IMG/VR virus record: IMGVR_UViG_3300049988_000286
Span: 384,001-448,000 of that record
Length of the DNA stretch: 64,000 nt
Direction: 5' to 3' (one strand)
Source of the DNA: a virus
Lineage: Duplodnaviria; Caudoviricetes
Shown: piece by piece, positions 24,427 through 34,616 of the stretch
Layout of the letters: each line of letters begins with the position of its first letter
How positions within the stretch are numbered: the stretch's first letter is position 1
Made by a program: the position numbers and the translations under genes
The notes under the pieces: generated by a model
Database searches by the model: none
The model's input: only the letters and a program-made list of their open reading frames with translations
Told to the model about the DNA's origin: nothing

Positions 24427-25098
24427 ATGAAGCACTTTTCGTTCGACTTCTGGAACACGATCGGCAAGCCCAACAAGGATTACGCGCGCGGTCGCGCCGC
24501 TTTGCTTGCCGATGTTTTCGGCACCGATACCGCCACCGCGAAGGCACGCTACACTTCGGTCAAGAACGCGCTCGATCATGCCGCCGAAACGGAGGGTTGC
24601 GACCATGGTCGCGACTACAATCTGGCTCGTCTCTGCGAAGCGTTCGAACGCGAGGACGATCGCGACTTCCGGGATACGCTGGGGCGGCATCTCGACGATC
24701 TGTTCGCCGAGCATCCGCCGATGATCGACCCTGCGCTCCGGGAGCAGCTTCACCGCGCGCATGATCAGGGCATCACGCTCTCGATCGGCTCCAACACCAA
24801 TTTCATCACCGGTCGTGTCATCATGGAGCACGCGATTGGTCGGCTTCCCTTTGCCTTCACGGTGTTCTCTGATGAAGTCGCGTCCTCGAAGCCCAATCCG
24901 GCGTTCTTCGCGATCATCGCGGAGAAGGCACGCGCGGCAAACCCACTCGTCATGGAGAATACCGATATCGTCCATATCGGCGATAGCCGCGCGTGCGACA
25001 TCGCGGGCGGGGCGCGCGCGGGGATGCAGGTCCACTACACCACGAACGCGGACGCTACTGCGGCAGAAGTCGCGGTGTTGCTCGGAGGGCAAGTCTGA
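24427..25098 (+). CDS. HAD-family phosphatase
   Basis: Motif I DFWNT, II GSN, III KP, IV HIGDS..CD; AGGAG SD. Confidence 0.85.
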   Translation: MKHFSFDFWNTIGKPNKDYARGRAALLADVFGTDTATAKARYTSVKNALDHAAETEGCDHGRDYNLARLCEAFEREDDRDFRDTLGRHLDDLFAEHPPMIDPALREQLHRAHDQGITLSIGSNTNFITGRVIMEHAIGRLPFAFTVFSDEVASSKPNPAFFAIIAEKARAANPLVMENTDIVHIGDSRACDIAGGARAGMQVHYTTNADATAAEVAVLLGGQV

Positions 25099-25298
25099 TG
25101 GCTGACGAAACACCCCTCGCCGACTCCCTCGATCTGTTTCTCGGCAAGACGATCAAGAAGATGGACGCTAGTGCGTGCAACAACATCGTCTTCCTGTTCA
25201 CCGATGGCAGCAAGGTGGCACTCCACATCGAGATGGATGCCATCGGGCTGCCGGATGTCCTCGCTTGCACACATTGTGCGGAGATCACCAATGATTGA
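25098..25298 (+). CDS. small hypothetical protein
   Basis: TGATG coupling; MADETPLADSL...CTHC. Confidence 0.55.
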   Translation: MADETPLADSLDLFLGKTIKKMDASACNNIVFLFTDGSKVALHIEMDAIGLPDVLACTHCAEITND

Positions 25299-26127
25299 CC
25301 ACGCCATCATCACCGCCAAGCACTGCTTCACCGCGCAGGACTTCGACGATCGTCGTCTGCCCTTCGAGCCTAACGAATACGCCCGGCTCAAATACGGTGA
25401 CGACAGCATCGCGCGCAAGTTCGGCTTCGAACTCGCGGATCACTTCTTCGCGCAGCACCACGGTGCGCTGCTCGTGGAATCGGTGGTGGTCATTCCCTCG
25501 CCGTACAACTACGTCGAGAACGCCGCGACGATCATGAGCCGTCATTTCGTGCGGCGGCTCAACCATCTGCTCGTCGGCGCATCGGGGCTTCACGTCGATT
25601 TCGCTACCATCCAGCGCAAGGTCAACTACACCGGTGACTTCGGCCTCCTCGACGCAAAGGCGCGTCGCGAGTTGATCGGCGGCGATGTCTTCTACGTCCA
25701 CGAGGGATATTTCGAGGGCAGGACGATGCTGTTCCTCGACGACATTCGCATCACCGGCGCGCACGAGCATCGCCTCATGGGGCTGATGGCGGAGCGGCCC
25801 AAGCTCGCAGGGGCGAACATCCATTTCCTCTACTATGGGCAGCTTTGCGGGGACGAGACGCGAAGCGACGTGGAGGCCTACCTCAACTCGGCAGAGATGA
25901 CGCTCGATCAATATCTCGGCATGTTGCGCGATTCCGATAACCATGTCATTGTCCGCCCGATCAAGTGGCTGATGCGGATGGCTCCGGAGGAGTTCGAACG
26001 CTTCCTCCGGGAAGCGGACTATCGCTCCATCTGGCGTCTCTACGATGGCTGCCTCGGCGAGGGCTATTACAAGGTTCCCGATTATCTCGTGAACTTCCTC
26101 GCCTTGAAGAAGAAAATCGACGGCTGA
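25291..26127 (+). CDS. phosphoribosyltransferase, Ter-associated PRTase_2-like
   Basis: RLKYGD...FG.ELA...PSPYN...LFLDDIRITGAHE. Confidence 0.75.
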   Translation: MIDHAIITAKHCFTAQDFDDRRLPFEPNEYARLKYGDDSIARKFGFELADHFFAQHHGALLVESVVVIPSPYNYVENAATIMSRHFVRRLNHLLVGASGLHVDFATIQRKVNYTGDFGLLDAKARRELIGGDVFYVHEGYFEGRTMLFLDDIRITGAHEHRLMGLMAERPKLAGANIHFLYYGQLCGDETRSDVEAYLNSAEMTLDQYLGMLRDSDNHVIVRPIKWLMRMAPEEFERFLREADYRSIWRLYDGCLGEGYYKVPDYLVNFLALKKKIDG

Positions 26128-26153
26128 ACAGCGGGAGTGCTAGCACAGTGGAT

Positions 26154-26951
26154 ATGAAAGTAGTCTTTGCTAGCGACCTCCACGCTGATTTCAACCAACC
26201 CAAGATTGAGTGGCCCGCCGGTGATGTATGTGTCATCGGCGGCGACACAGGTAATTCCATCGGCACCGAGTTGAAGGTCTTGGGTAAGCTGGCGAAGAAG
26301 TATCGCCACGTCGTCACCACGGATGGCAACCACACCCATTACTCCAATGCGCCACAGAAGCGGACCGTCGAGGAGACGATTCGTCGCATCCGTGCGCAGC
26401 TTCCGGCAAACGTCCATTTCCTCGGTCACGGCAATCCCTCTGTGGAGATCGAGGGTGTGTGGTTCGTCGGTTGCATGGGCTGGTATAGCTTCGATGTTGT
26501 TGGCGATGTGGAGACCAACAAACAGCGCTGGCGGCGCGTCATGAACGATTGTCGCTGGATCGGTTTCGACGAGATCGAGCAGCGCCAGCCGTGGGATCGT
26601 GCCCGTGATGATGCCGATTTGGTGCGTGACACGCTCCGAGACATCAAGGCGAAGGCTGGTGCAACCTTGCCGCCCATCGTCGTTATGACCCACACCGCCC
26701 CGCATCGCGACATGATCACGTGGAAGGACCACGATCCCGAGTGGAACGCCAGCAACCCCTTCTACGTCAACTCCCATATGCAAGCCGTGCTGGAAAGCCC
26801 GGATGCTCAAGGCGTGACGATCTGGGTCAACGGCCACACCCACCACCGGCGCGAGAAGATGATCAATGGCATCTACTGTATCTGCAATCCTCGCGGCTAT
26901 CCGAGCGAGAATCCCGGTTGGGAGCCGGTCGTTCTTCCAGTCATTCTTTGA
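26154..26951 (+). CDS. calcineurin-like metallophosphoesterase
   Basis: SDLH, GGD, GNH, THTAP, GHTH motifs. Confidence 0.88.
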   Translation: MKVVFASDLHADFNQPKIEWPAGDVCVIGGDTGNSIGTELKVLGKLAKKYRHVVTTDGNHTHYSNAPQKRTVEETIRRIRAQLPANVHFLGHGNPSVEIEGVWFVGCMGWYSFDVVGDVETNKQRWRRVMNDCRWIGFDEIEQRQPWDRARDDADLVRDTLRDIKAKAGATLPPIVVMTHTAPHRDMITWKDHDPEWNASNPFYVNSHMQAVLESPDAQGVTIWVNGHTHHRREKMINGIYCICNPRGYPSENPGWEPVVLPVIL

Positions 26952-26961
26952 AGGATCAGAC

Positions 26962-27285
26962 ATGAACCGCATCACCATCAATGGCGTGACAATCGAGGGC
27001 GGACGCGATATCCGCGTCGTTGGACGAAGCGTGCTCATCGACGGGCAGAAAATCGATATCGGCTCGATCGAGGGCTCAACACTCCGCGTCGTCGTAGAGG
27101 GCGATCTCGCCTCACTGACCTGTGATGGATCGGCAGAAGTCACGGGCGGGGTTCAGGGGAGCGTCTCGGCTGGTGGGAGTGTCAAGTGCGGTGACATCAC
27201 GGGCGCGGTTAATGCGGGAGGCTCGGTCAAAGGCGCGGCGATCTCCGGACCCGTTAATGCCGGGGGATCAGTCAAGTTGCGTTGA
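26962..27285 (+). CDS. small beta-helix protein
   Basis: Repeats GSV.(A/C)G..ITGAVNAGGSV. Confidence 0.6.
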   Translation: MNRITINGVTIEGGRDIRVVGRSVLIDGQKIDIGSIEGSTLRVVVEGDLASLTCDGSAEVTGGVQGSVSAGGSVKCGDITGAVNAGGSVKGAAISGPVNAGGSVKLR

Positions 27286-27316
27286 CGCCTTGGTAGAGTT
27301 CGGATAGATGTAGGGG

Positions 27317-27895
27317 ATGATCGATACTTCGTTCTCCACCATAGCCGGGCTGGCGCTTCGCGTCATGGCCGATTACGCGGAGCAACCGGGTATGAGCGGC
27401 GCGACCGGATACACGTTGCACCAAGCGTTATTCAAGGTGTGCGAGACCCGCGAGAGCATCACTTCGGCGAGTGACAACTACCCCTCCTATATCTGGTGGT
27501 ACCTTGGCACCGACGAACACGGTGAGGTCATTCCCATTCTCGATCTTGGCAAGCTGGCGTGCGTGCCCTTGCGCGATCAACCCCGCCGCCATCGCTATGT
27601 ATGGCCGCGTGAGATCAATGATGATGATGGTCCATGGGCGGTTGCTGTTTCAGAACCACCGTGGTCTATCCTCTATCCCAGTGCCACCTATGCGATGATG
27701 ACCATGGGGATCAGCATTGGCACGCGCGTCTGCACGAGGCTTGTAGCGGAGCATTACCGGTGCAGTTACGAGTATGACGACTGGGACACCCGCATCGAGC
27801 ACGAGATAGTCTTCATCGATCGCAGCCCGGTGATCGATGTTCCGCTCACGTTCGAGAACCGAGGTCCAGAATTCCGAGGATTGCGTTTTGAATAA
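27317..27895 (+). CDS. hypothetical protein
   Basis: TTGACG-17-TAGATG promoter with AGTTCG; AGGGG SD. Confidence 0.6.
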   Translation: MIDTSFSTIAGLALRVMADYAEQPGMSGATGYTLHQALFKVCETRESITSASDNYPSYIWWYLGTDEHGEVIPILDLGKLACVPLRDQPRRHRYVWPREINDDDGPWAVAVSEPPWSILYPSATYAMMTMGISIGTRVCTRLVAEHYRCSYEYDDWDTRIEHEIVFIDRSPVIDVPLTFENRGPEFRGLRFE

Positions 27896-28385
27896 GATCG
27901 TGTCGCACCTTGATGGTGATACCTTCCGGATCGAGGTTCCGGAGGATTTCCTCGTGCTCAAAGGCATCGATTGCGAGGTGGGCAAATATACGGGGTCACC
28001 GAGAACAACTACGCCGACTTATCAGTTGTCGGCGTTCATGGAGGACTATCTCCGGACTCTACTCAATCACATACCTCCGATGAGCTTCGACAAGGGTGCG
28101 ATCTCTAGCGACGCCACGACGGTGGAGGCATTGTTGGAGATCATGGGCTACAACCATACGGTGCGAGTCAAGGCGCGCCCGAGCGACGACGATCTCGGGG
28201 AGATCGGTGATGACGTAGAGATGCTCTGGCCGCACATGAACCAATTCGTGCTTAAATGTCGATCAGAGGAGACCGCCATGTTGCTCGCGGTGCGCTTCGA
28301 TATGATTGATGGCGGGGCGGCTCGTCGCAGCGTCAACGATATGATCGAACTCGCCGCAGAGATACACCGGGCACGGAGCCGTTAG
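27888..28385 (+). CDS. hypothetical protein (family-A-like tail)
   Basis: FVLKCRSEETAMLLAVRF. Confidence 0.55.
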   Translation: MNKIVSHLDGDTFRIEVPEDFLVLKGIDCEVGKYTGSPRTTTPTYQLSAFMEDYLRTLLNHIPPMSFDKGAISSDATTVEALLEIMGYNHTVRVKARPSDDDLGEIGDDVEMLWPHMNQFVLKCRSEETAMLLAVRFDMIDGGAARRSVNDMIELAAEIHRARSR

Positions 28386-29143
28386 CCGGAGCGATCGAGA
28401 CTATTGAGGTAATCGCAGTAGAGAGCGTCGAGTGACTTATCGCTGCGAAGATGCTTTGAACCGTTTGCCTTACGATCGATGATCCGAAGGTTCGTCCAAT
28501 GTCCTACAAGGCTGGCTGGAAGAGAGAGACGCCATCCGTCGTAAACACTGAAAATGTGGTCGATCGGTGTTTCAGCAGAACGTGTCTGATTCGGTGCAAA
28601 TATATGGCCGTGCTCGCGATAGTTTCGTAGTGTATATCTCATAACATCGGCTCGATAGCGCCGCATCGCCGACCGATCTCTTCCGTCAACGTTCAGTTTG
28701 GCATCCCAAGTAGCTTTGATCTTGGCGTGCCACTCCAAGCTTCGTTTATAACCTCGTTGTGGCGCGGCATTTCGCTTTTCGGCAATTTGTGCACGAACCT
28801 CTGGGTTGCTTGACCAGTGACCAAGGTGTCCAGTCCTATCCTCGTACGTCTTTTGCATCCTCATTTGTACCTCGGGGCATCGACGCTGCGCAGATAAGGA
28901 CGAGTAAGTAAGGTAACGATTCTCAAACCATCGGACCGGAACATGGTCAACTGGGCATTGAGGAACAGACCACACATCGTTCAAAATATGCCAGCATCGT
29001 TGCTTCGGAACGGCATCGGAGGGGAGAAAAGAAGTAGCCGACACAATGTCAGCCCACAGTGATGGCTCACGGTTACATAGCCACCGGCAGTTGTTCCTTG
29101 GATCGGGATATCGCTGAAGGTATTCTTGAAGGAGAGTTTTCAT
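28382..29143 (-). CDS. putative HNH-like homing endonuclease
   Basis: C-terminal IDHIFSV..G...GHWTNLRII...NGSK; late promoter 4 nt before ATG. Confidence 0.6.
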   Translation of the reverse strand: MKTLLQEYLQRYPDPRNNCRWLCNREPSLWADIVSATSFLPSDAVPKQRCWHILNDVWSVPQCPVDHVPVRWFENRYLTYSSLSAQRRCPEVQMRMQKTYEDRTGHLGHWSSNPEVRAQIAEKRNAAPQRGYKRSLEWHAKIKATWDAKLNVDGRDRSAMRRYRADVMRYTLRNYREHGHIFAPNQTRSAETPIDHIFSVYDGWRLSLPASLVGHWTNLRIIDRKANGSKHLRSDKSLDALYCDYLNSLDRSG

Positions 29144-29175
29144 CTCCTATTTAGCTAGCCAATACTAAAGCCGAA

Positions 29176-29952
29176 TCAACCGATACAGAATCCTAGTCCC
29201 ATCGAGGCTTCAACACCGTCCTTCAATTCCTGCAACAGCTTCTCGATCTCGGTAGCGGCTTCCTGCTTCAACTCTGCGCCGTTAAGGGTGACACCACCCT
29301 GCGGACCAGCCAATGCGGAGAACTTGCCGCGACCCTGACCGAGCATCTGCTTGCACTGCGCGGTGGCCATCTCCTCGATCCACGGGCGAGCGTAGGGATC
29401 GATGCAGAGGCTTTCCTCGGAGCGCGCAACATAGACGTGGAGGCCGATCTCCTCACCGCCTATGAACCGACGATGGAAGGTGATGCGCTTGGTCGCGGGA
29501 TCGAAGGTGAACTGGATATCGCGACCGAACATGCGCCCAGTCAGCTTCTGAAAGCCCATGGCGAGATCGTAGGTGGCAAGGGTGCCCACACCGCTACCAG
29601 AGAGACCGCTACCGCCGGTGTTCTGGAGCATGAAGATGTTGTTGGTGAACGACATCGAGAAGGGGTCGATGCCGCCGCCGCCCAACCCCGTGCTTGACAT
29701 GCTCTGCCGATATACGGCGCGCACTTCCTGAACCTCTTGCGGGAGCGAGTAGGTGGGAACATCGGCCTGAACCTCCAAGAAGGCGAAGCCTTCGAGTTGC
29801 GCGTTGGTGGAACGCTGACGATAGTAGCGCACAGCGATATTGACGGCAGCCGAATAATGCTCGGGATCGAGTTCGACATCGACCATTCCGTAGCCGAGAC
29901 GAAGCTTGATCTCGTCGATCATCTCGGCGCGATGGGTGGTCACGTCGCTCAT
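29176..29952 (-). CDS. neck protein (T4 gp13-like)
   Basis: EIKLRLG..MVDVELDPEHY...AQCKQMLG..RGKF..LAGPQGGVTLNG.EL..EA. Confidence 0.8.
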   Translation of the reverse strand: MSDVTTHRAEMIDEIKLRLGYGMVDVELDPEHYSAAVNIAVRYYRQRSTNAQLEGFAFLEVQADVPTYSLPQEVQEVRAVYRQSMSSTGLGGGGIDPFSMSFTNNIFMLQNTGGSGLSGSGVGTLATYDLAMGFQKLTGRMFGRDIQFTFDPATKRITFHRRFIGGEEIGLHVYVARSEESLCIDPYARPWIEEMATAQCKQMLGQGRGKFSALAGPQGGVTLNGAELKQEAATEIEKLLQELKDGVEASMGLGFCIG

Positions 29953-30302
29953 TTCATGTTCACCGCTTTCTTAGCTTGCGCCGTTGCCTTGTCGCTGATC
30001 TTCTTCTCTTGCTTCTCCTTGGTCTCGGGGTTTGATTTACTCGTCATCGCAGCAGCAACGTTGAGGTAAATCTTGTCCCCCTCGACTTTCTTGATCAGCT
30101 TCATTTTCGTGGGATCGAGGATTTGCATGATGAGTCCACGGTCAACCGACAGGCCGGTGCGATAGCTGCGCACCGCCTGTTCGATATCCTGAATCGGCAC
30201 GGAGTCCTGATCCCGAGAAACCATCGGGGTCAAATAATCCATGATCTGCTGACGCAGATCATCGATCATGTCTCCGGAACCGAACAACTCACACAGCAAC
30301 AT
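29949..30302 (-). CDS. virion-associated protein
   Basis: Within late head/neck cluster; MLLCELF start. Confidence 0.55.
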   Translation of the reverse strand: MLLCELFGSGDMIDDLRQQIMDYLTPMVSRDQDSVPIQDIEQAVRSYRTGLSVDRGLIMQILDPTKMKLIKKVEGDKIYLNVAAAMTSKSNPETKEKQEKKISDKATAQAKKAVNMK

Positions 30303-30306
30303 CGTC

Positions 30307-30984
30307 TTACTTCTTCTGCGAGGTAACGATATCGATGAGGGTGTCGAGCGAGAGGCCGTAGGTCTCCGTCAAGGCCGTGGCGGCAACCAGCGGCAGTGCG
30401 CCTTCGCGGATCATGCGGACATACTCACCAGCGATGATACGGTCAGGATCGAAGCCTTCCAGCATCGGTTTGCGAATCTCGACACTTTCCTTGCGAGCGC
30501 GGCCAGCCGCCTTCGTGTCAGCGTCGCCCATCTGATCGGCATCAAAGCGCGGGGCGGGAGCAGCAGGGGCCTCGGTGGGCTCCTCGTCAGCCGCAGGAGC
30601 ATCAAGGTTGAGGTCGGGCATATTCTCGCCATCGCTGCCCTCACTGGCGTCGAGAGCATCGTCGTCCATGGTAGCGAGATCGTTGGTGGGCGTTCCGTCC
30701 AACTCACCCTGCATACGGGCGATCTCATCGCTGATCGCGTTCTTCGTCGCGCTCAAAGTGGCGGTGAGTTCGCGCAGCTTGCCCGCGACCGCTTCCGCAA
30801 AGGCAGCGGCGGCATCAGGACCGAAGTGCTCACGGATCGGATCGTTGAGCGGCATCACGTCCTCTGCTTCCATCTTAGCGGCAGTCTCTGCCATCTTCTG
30901 AATAGCGTCGGTGATCGACTTGGCGGCAAGAACGACTTCTGCCTTCTCCAACTCACCCTCGATCAAGTATGAAAGACCCTTCAT
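30307..30984 (-). CDS. prohead core/scaffold-like protein
   Basis: LIEGELEKAEVVLAAK..D.IQKMAE; acidic, helical. Confidence 0.55.
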   Translation of the reverse strand: MKGLSYLIEGELEKAEVVLAAKSITDAIQKMAETAAKMEAEDVMPLNDPIREHFGPDAAAAFAEAVAGKLRELTATLSATKNAISDEIARMQGELDGTPTNDLATMDDDALDASEGSDGENMPDLNLDAPAADEEPTEAPAAPAPRFDADQMGDADTKAAGRARKESVEIRKPMLEGFDPDRIIAGEYVRMIREGALPLVAATALTETYGLSLDTLIDIVTSQKK

Positions 30985-31244
30985 TGTACTCCCTTCTTCT
31001 TTTTGGTTCGCTTCGGAGCAATCTCACGAAGGATCATCAACGCAGCTTCTGAAATCAGATAAGCTTTGTTGTATTGCAGAGATGACGACATGACGCTCTC
31101 ACCGAGATGCTGACGCAGGTTCTTCTGCTGCGCGCGATAGTGCTCAACGACGGCGCGCAGATGCTCATGATCCAACGACCCTTCGAGCAAGTCGATGTCG
31201 TAACGATCAATCAGTATCTGGTTCAGTTGTTGGTATGATTTCAT
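30981..31244 (-). CDS. late hypothetical protein
   Basis: TAAATA at 31272-31277 and AAGGA SD. Confidence 0.6.
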   Translation of the reverse strand: MKSYQQLNQILIDRYDIDLLEGSLDHEHLRAVVEHYRAQQKNLRQHLGESVMSSSLQYNKAYLISEAALMILREIAPKRTKKKKGVQ

Positions 31245-31283
31245 GTCTTGCCGTATCCTTACACGCAAGACTATTTAGTCAAC

Positions 31284-31868
31284 CTAGAAGAGATCATTCA
31301 CAGCGTTGAGGGCCTTCTTCGCCTGAATGGCTTTACGCTTGGCTTCGGAGTAGCGCGCCTCGGCGATATCGCGCTGTGCACCCTCCGTCATCTTGACGCG
31401 AGCCGCGAACCCCACCGCGTCGGTGAGCGCACGGGCATAGTCGCCCTCGATGTTGAGGATCGTCTTCACCTTCATCGACGTGATCCCCTGACCTTCGTTC
31501 AAGGCATTGACCAAGGTCAGTGCCGCCTCATAGAGGCGGAGGTCGGAAGCGATCGGTTCGTTGGTCAACGCGTGCACGACATCGTAGAACTTGCCCGCGC
31601 CATCGACATCTCGTAGGTCGATCTTCCACGAACCAACGCGCGTCCCCGTCGAAGTCACCTCGGTGACCAGCGCTTTCTTCAATTCCGGGTAGGCATCTGT
31701 GTGAGAGACCAAATCCTCCGACATCGAGGAGAAGGCCTCCATGATCTTCGACATCGATCCAGTGTCGGCGGTCTTCGGTGCCACGGGCACCGCACCAGCA
31801 ACACCCTCGTTGAACAGCGACATGATGTCGCCCATTGCTTGTCCCTGCTCCGGCGTGATCATGATCAA
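31284..31868 (-). CDS. hypothetical protein of the head cluster
   Basis: ATGA coupling, biased codons. Confidence 0.65.
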   Translation of the reverse strand: MIMITPEQGQAMGDIMSLFNEGVAGAVPVAPKTADTGSMSKIMEAFSSMSEDLVSHTDAYPELKKALVTEVTSTGTRVGSWKIDLRDVDGAGKFYDVVHALTNEPIASDLRLYEAALTLVNALNEGQGITSMKVKTILNIEGDYARALTDAVGFAARVKMTEGAQRDIAEARYSEAKRKAIQAKKALNAVNDLF

Positions 31869-32089
31869 TCTCTCTCAAGTTTCTGTTTGTTAAGCCGGAA
31901 GAAGACCTTCTTCTCGGCATCAGTGCGTCTGACGAGCAAACCTCGCGTTACCATCTGGCGAGCCACTTCCTGATCCCGTTCGTCCAGCGTAGACCGATAC
32001 AGGCGAGCAGTAGTCGCCTTATCGATAATGGTCTGTTCCTCACTCGAAATCGGGAGACGAACACCAGACGTGATTTCAAAATAGCGCAT
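31865..32089 (-). CDS. late small protein
   Basis: TAAATA+4 nt+ATG (MRYFEIT). Confidence 0.65.
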   Translation of the reverse strand: MRYFEITSGVRLPISSEEQTIIDKATTARLYRSTLDERDQEVARQMVTRGLLVRRTDAEKKVFFRLNKQKLERD

Positions 32090-32092
32090 CGA

Positions 32093-32425
32093 TTATTTAG
32101 AGAGTTCGTGGAGTCGAGCGAAGCACTCTGCCAAGCATTCTATATCGTCTTCATCGATAAGACCATATTTCCCGTCCACGGAAATTCCCAACATATTGAG
32201 CGGTCCGTTAGGATTCTTGATCATTCCTTCTTTACCGTTTTTCAGCTTGACGGTATCGCCGATCTGATAGCTCTCATCCATGGCTTCGCCACGATTCTTG
32301 TACTTGCCGTTGCGGCTCCACTGATCGCGCTGATCCTCGCGTTCCTCTGTGGACTTCGCGCGCTTCGGTTTGAACGCCCCGTTGGTGCGAAGCTGATAGG
32401 CGGCTAAATTACGCTTCTTCATCAC
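32093..32425 (-). CDS. hypothetical protein with KOW/SH3-like C-terminus
   Basis: YQIGDTVKLKNGKEGMI. Confidence 0.6.
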   Translation of the reverse strand: MMKKRNLAAYQLRTNGAFKPKRAKSTEEREDQRDQWSRNGKYKNRGEAMDESYQIGDTVKLKNGKEGMIKNPNGPLNMLGISVDGKYGLIDEDDIECLAECFARLHELSK

Positions 32426-32552
32426 TCTTCCTCAAGGTCAAACGATTGTTGAACACCGGTCGAGGTGTCTCGTCCTCGTGGATGCGCTCAACAATGGGGC
32501 CAGAACGACGCCACAGCTTTGTTTTGCTCTTACAGGGGGGCAGCTTACTCAT
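32409..32552 (-). CDS. 47-aa basic late protein (below ORF-track cutoff)
   Basis: TAAATA(32557-32562)+4 nt+ATG; MSKLPPCKSKTKLWRR. Confidence 0.5.
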   Translation of the reverse strand: MSKLPPCKSKTKLWRRSGPIVERIHEDETPRPVFNNRLTLRKSDEEA

Positions 32553-32555
32553 CGT

Positions 32556-33404
32556 CTATTTAGCGCGTTTGCGCACCTTCCCCAGAGGCTTTACCAATGG
32601 GGCAATATCGGCGCTCGTTGTGGCGATCGGAGCAGCGTCACCGCCACCACCATCATCCTCTACAATCTTCTTGCCCGCCCATAGCCCTACCGCACCCCCG
32701 GCGGCAAGCGCGGCCACCTTGGCGAGCGTAGACAAGCCGCGAGGTTGCGACCGCGTGGGTGAACCCGCCATGGAACCACATCCTTCACCAGTCTCGGGAT
32801 CGCACACGTCGGCGAGTTCGAAATGGTGGTGCTTCGCCAGCGCGGATAGCTGACCAAAGACATCGCTCTGCATCGAGCGGGCACGCATCAACTGCAAGAG
32901 CCGCGTTACCGAAAGCTGTTTCTCACGACGCGTCAATTTAGGCCAGTCGAGAACAAGGCGGCGAATCGCTTTCAACGACGTGTCCTTGATCCGAAACTGA
33001 TAGTCGATCATTGTAAAGAGACGACGCGCGGCGCTCTCTTGCGCGCTCGTGCCATGGGCGAGTGCATTCAACCATGAGCGCACCTTAGGCTCATCGAGGT
33101 AGAGGTCGTGAAGATGCTCCGCGCTCGCGTCAGGGAGGCGAAATTCGACGCCATCGGTGAGCAGTGCGTGCATGAGGAGGTAGAGATCGGTCGCGGTGCT
33201 TGACCACTGGTCAAAGTGACCGCCTCGAATTGTCTTGGCGGCATAGTCATGCGCCCACCGGTATGAGGTAGCCTCACCAGCGAGAATGCGAAGTGCAAGA
33301 AGATGCATGTAGGCGAGTTCCGATACCTGCTTCGAGGTGAAGCGACGGTATGCAGTTTTACTCGGCAGCATTTTGCTCTCTGCGAGACTGGTGATCACCT
33401 TCAT
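32556..33404 (-). CDS. probable virion protein
   Basis: MKVITSLAES start; long ORF in late cluster. Confidence 0.65.
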   Translation of the reverse strand: MKVITSLAESKMLPSKTAYRRFTSKQVSELAYMHLLALRILAGEATSYRWAHDYAAKTIRGGHFDQWSSTATDLYLLMHALLTDGVEFRLPDASAEHLHDLYLDEPKVRSWLNALAHGTSAQESAARRLFTMIDYQFRIKDTSLKAIRRLVLDWPKLTRREKQLSVTRLLQLMRARSMQSDVFGQLSALAKHHHFELADVCDPETGEGCGSMAGSPTRSQPRGLSTLAKVAALAAGGAVGLWAGKKIVEDDGGGGDAAPIATTSADIAPLVKPLGKVRKRAK

Positions 33405-34615
33405 GCCGCCTCTCCCTCATCGGCAGCGGGCTGCCCACCAGCAAGTTTCTCCTTGCGCCGGAGGCCTTCGAACCGAAGGAGAACGAGCATGATTAGACCC
33501 GCCTTTTCAGGGTTTTTGAGAAAGCGGTTCAACTCGGGGGCGACTAGATTCGCGTCACCGCCTTTACGAACGAAATCATAGGCGGCGCGGTAGTAACGCT
33601 CCGGCCACCAATTGTTACCGTTCTGAACTTCCATCATCAAGGCGTGGAAGTTTGGATACGGTTGACGCACGGCAAACTGCATCGCGAGGGCAGTGACGGC
33701 ATTCATCGTCTCGACCTTCATTCGCGACTTGATATCATCCGGCTGGATTGTTTCTTTGTCTGCGGCAATATTCTTGAAATACTGATCGAGTTGAGCGGTA
33801 GCGAATAGAGGGGTCACTTGCGCGATCTGGCGCGCTACCACGGCGACATCGGCAATCTGTTTACGCTCGCTGGGCGGCTGAAGCGGTCCGGTGTTGCCCG
33901 GCTCCTTCGCACCACCATCCACCGCCGCGTCGCTCTCCGGTGCAGCACTGGTCTCTTGCCCATCCTGTGCGGCCATCTGCTGCTTGAGGAGGATTTTCGC
34001 GATACCGGTGAAGAGTTGCTGCATCTGCTCCTTCGAGAGCAGTCCGCCATGAGCGTAGTCGTGCAAGGGCTTCATCGACGGACGCTTGAGCGTCTGCGGT
34101 GCCTTCGCGCCAATGAAGTTCATCCACGAGGACACGTAAGCGGCAATGGCCTGATCCTGCTGCGCCTCCTTCGCGATCCCGTTCGCGAGTTCGCTCACCT
34201 TCGCGTCGAGTGTCTTCGGATTGACGAGTTTGCGAAATGCGTTGGCGATCGTCTTCTGCTTGTCATCAGCGGGACGGGGTGGCTTGTTCACCGTCTCGGC
34301 GGCGGTGCCATAGATGGCACGGAAGGCCTGATCCTCGTCCATGGTGATGCCGATCGAGGTGCGGAAGAATTCTACCACCCCGGATACCGTGGGTCGGGCT
34401 TGCTGTTGCGCGGCGAAATACTTCCACTCGTCCATGACCTCTCTCGCCGTTGCGGCAAGGTCATAGCGACCCGCTGCGGAATGGCTCCCGAGGTCGGCGA
34501 GCATGTCGTTGCCGAATTGCTTCAAGGCGTGCTTGGTGCGATCTTTGGCACTGCTGGCTACGCCCTTGAGGAAAGAGGCGATGTCCTCGTTGAGCATTTG
34601 TTCAAAGGTATCCAC
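33401..34615 (-). CDS. probable virion/internal protein
   Basis: GTG start after AGGGGG SD; Ala/Gln-rich helical. Confidence 0.65.
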   Translation of the reverse strand: MDTFEQMLNEDIASFLKGVASSAKDRTKHALKQFGNDMLADLGSHSAAGRYDLAATAREVMDEWKYFAAQQQARPTVSGVVEFFRTSIGITMDEDQAFRAIYGTAAETVNKPPRPADDKQKTIANAFRKLVNPKTLDAKVSELANGIAKEAQQDQAIAAYVSSWMNFIGAKAPQTLKRPSMKPLHDYAHGGLLSKEQMQQLFTGIAKILLKQQMAAQDGQETSAAPESDAAVDGGAKEPGNTGPLQPPSERKQIADVAVVARQIAQVTPLFATAQLDQYFKNIAADKETIQPDDIKSRMKVETMNAVTALAMQFAVRQPYPNFHALMMEVQNGNNWWPERYYRAAYDFVRKGGDANLVAPELNRFLKNPEKAGLIMLVLLRFEGLRRKEKLAGGQPAADEGEAA

Positions 34616-34616
34616 C

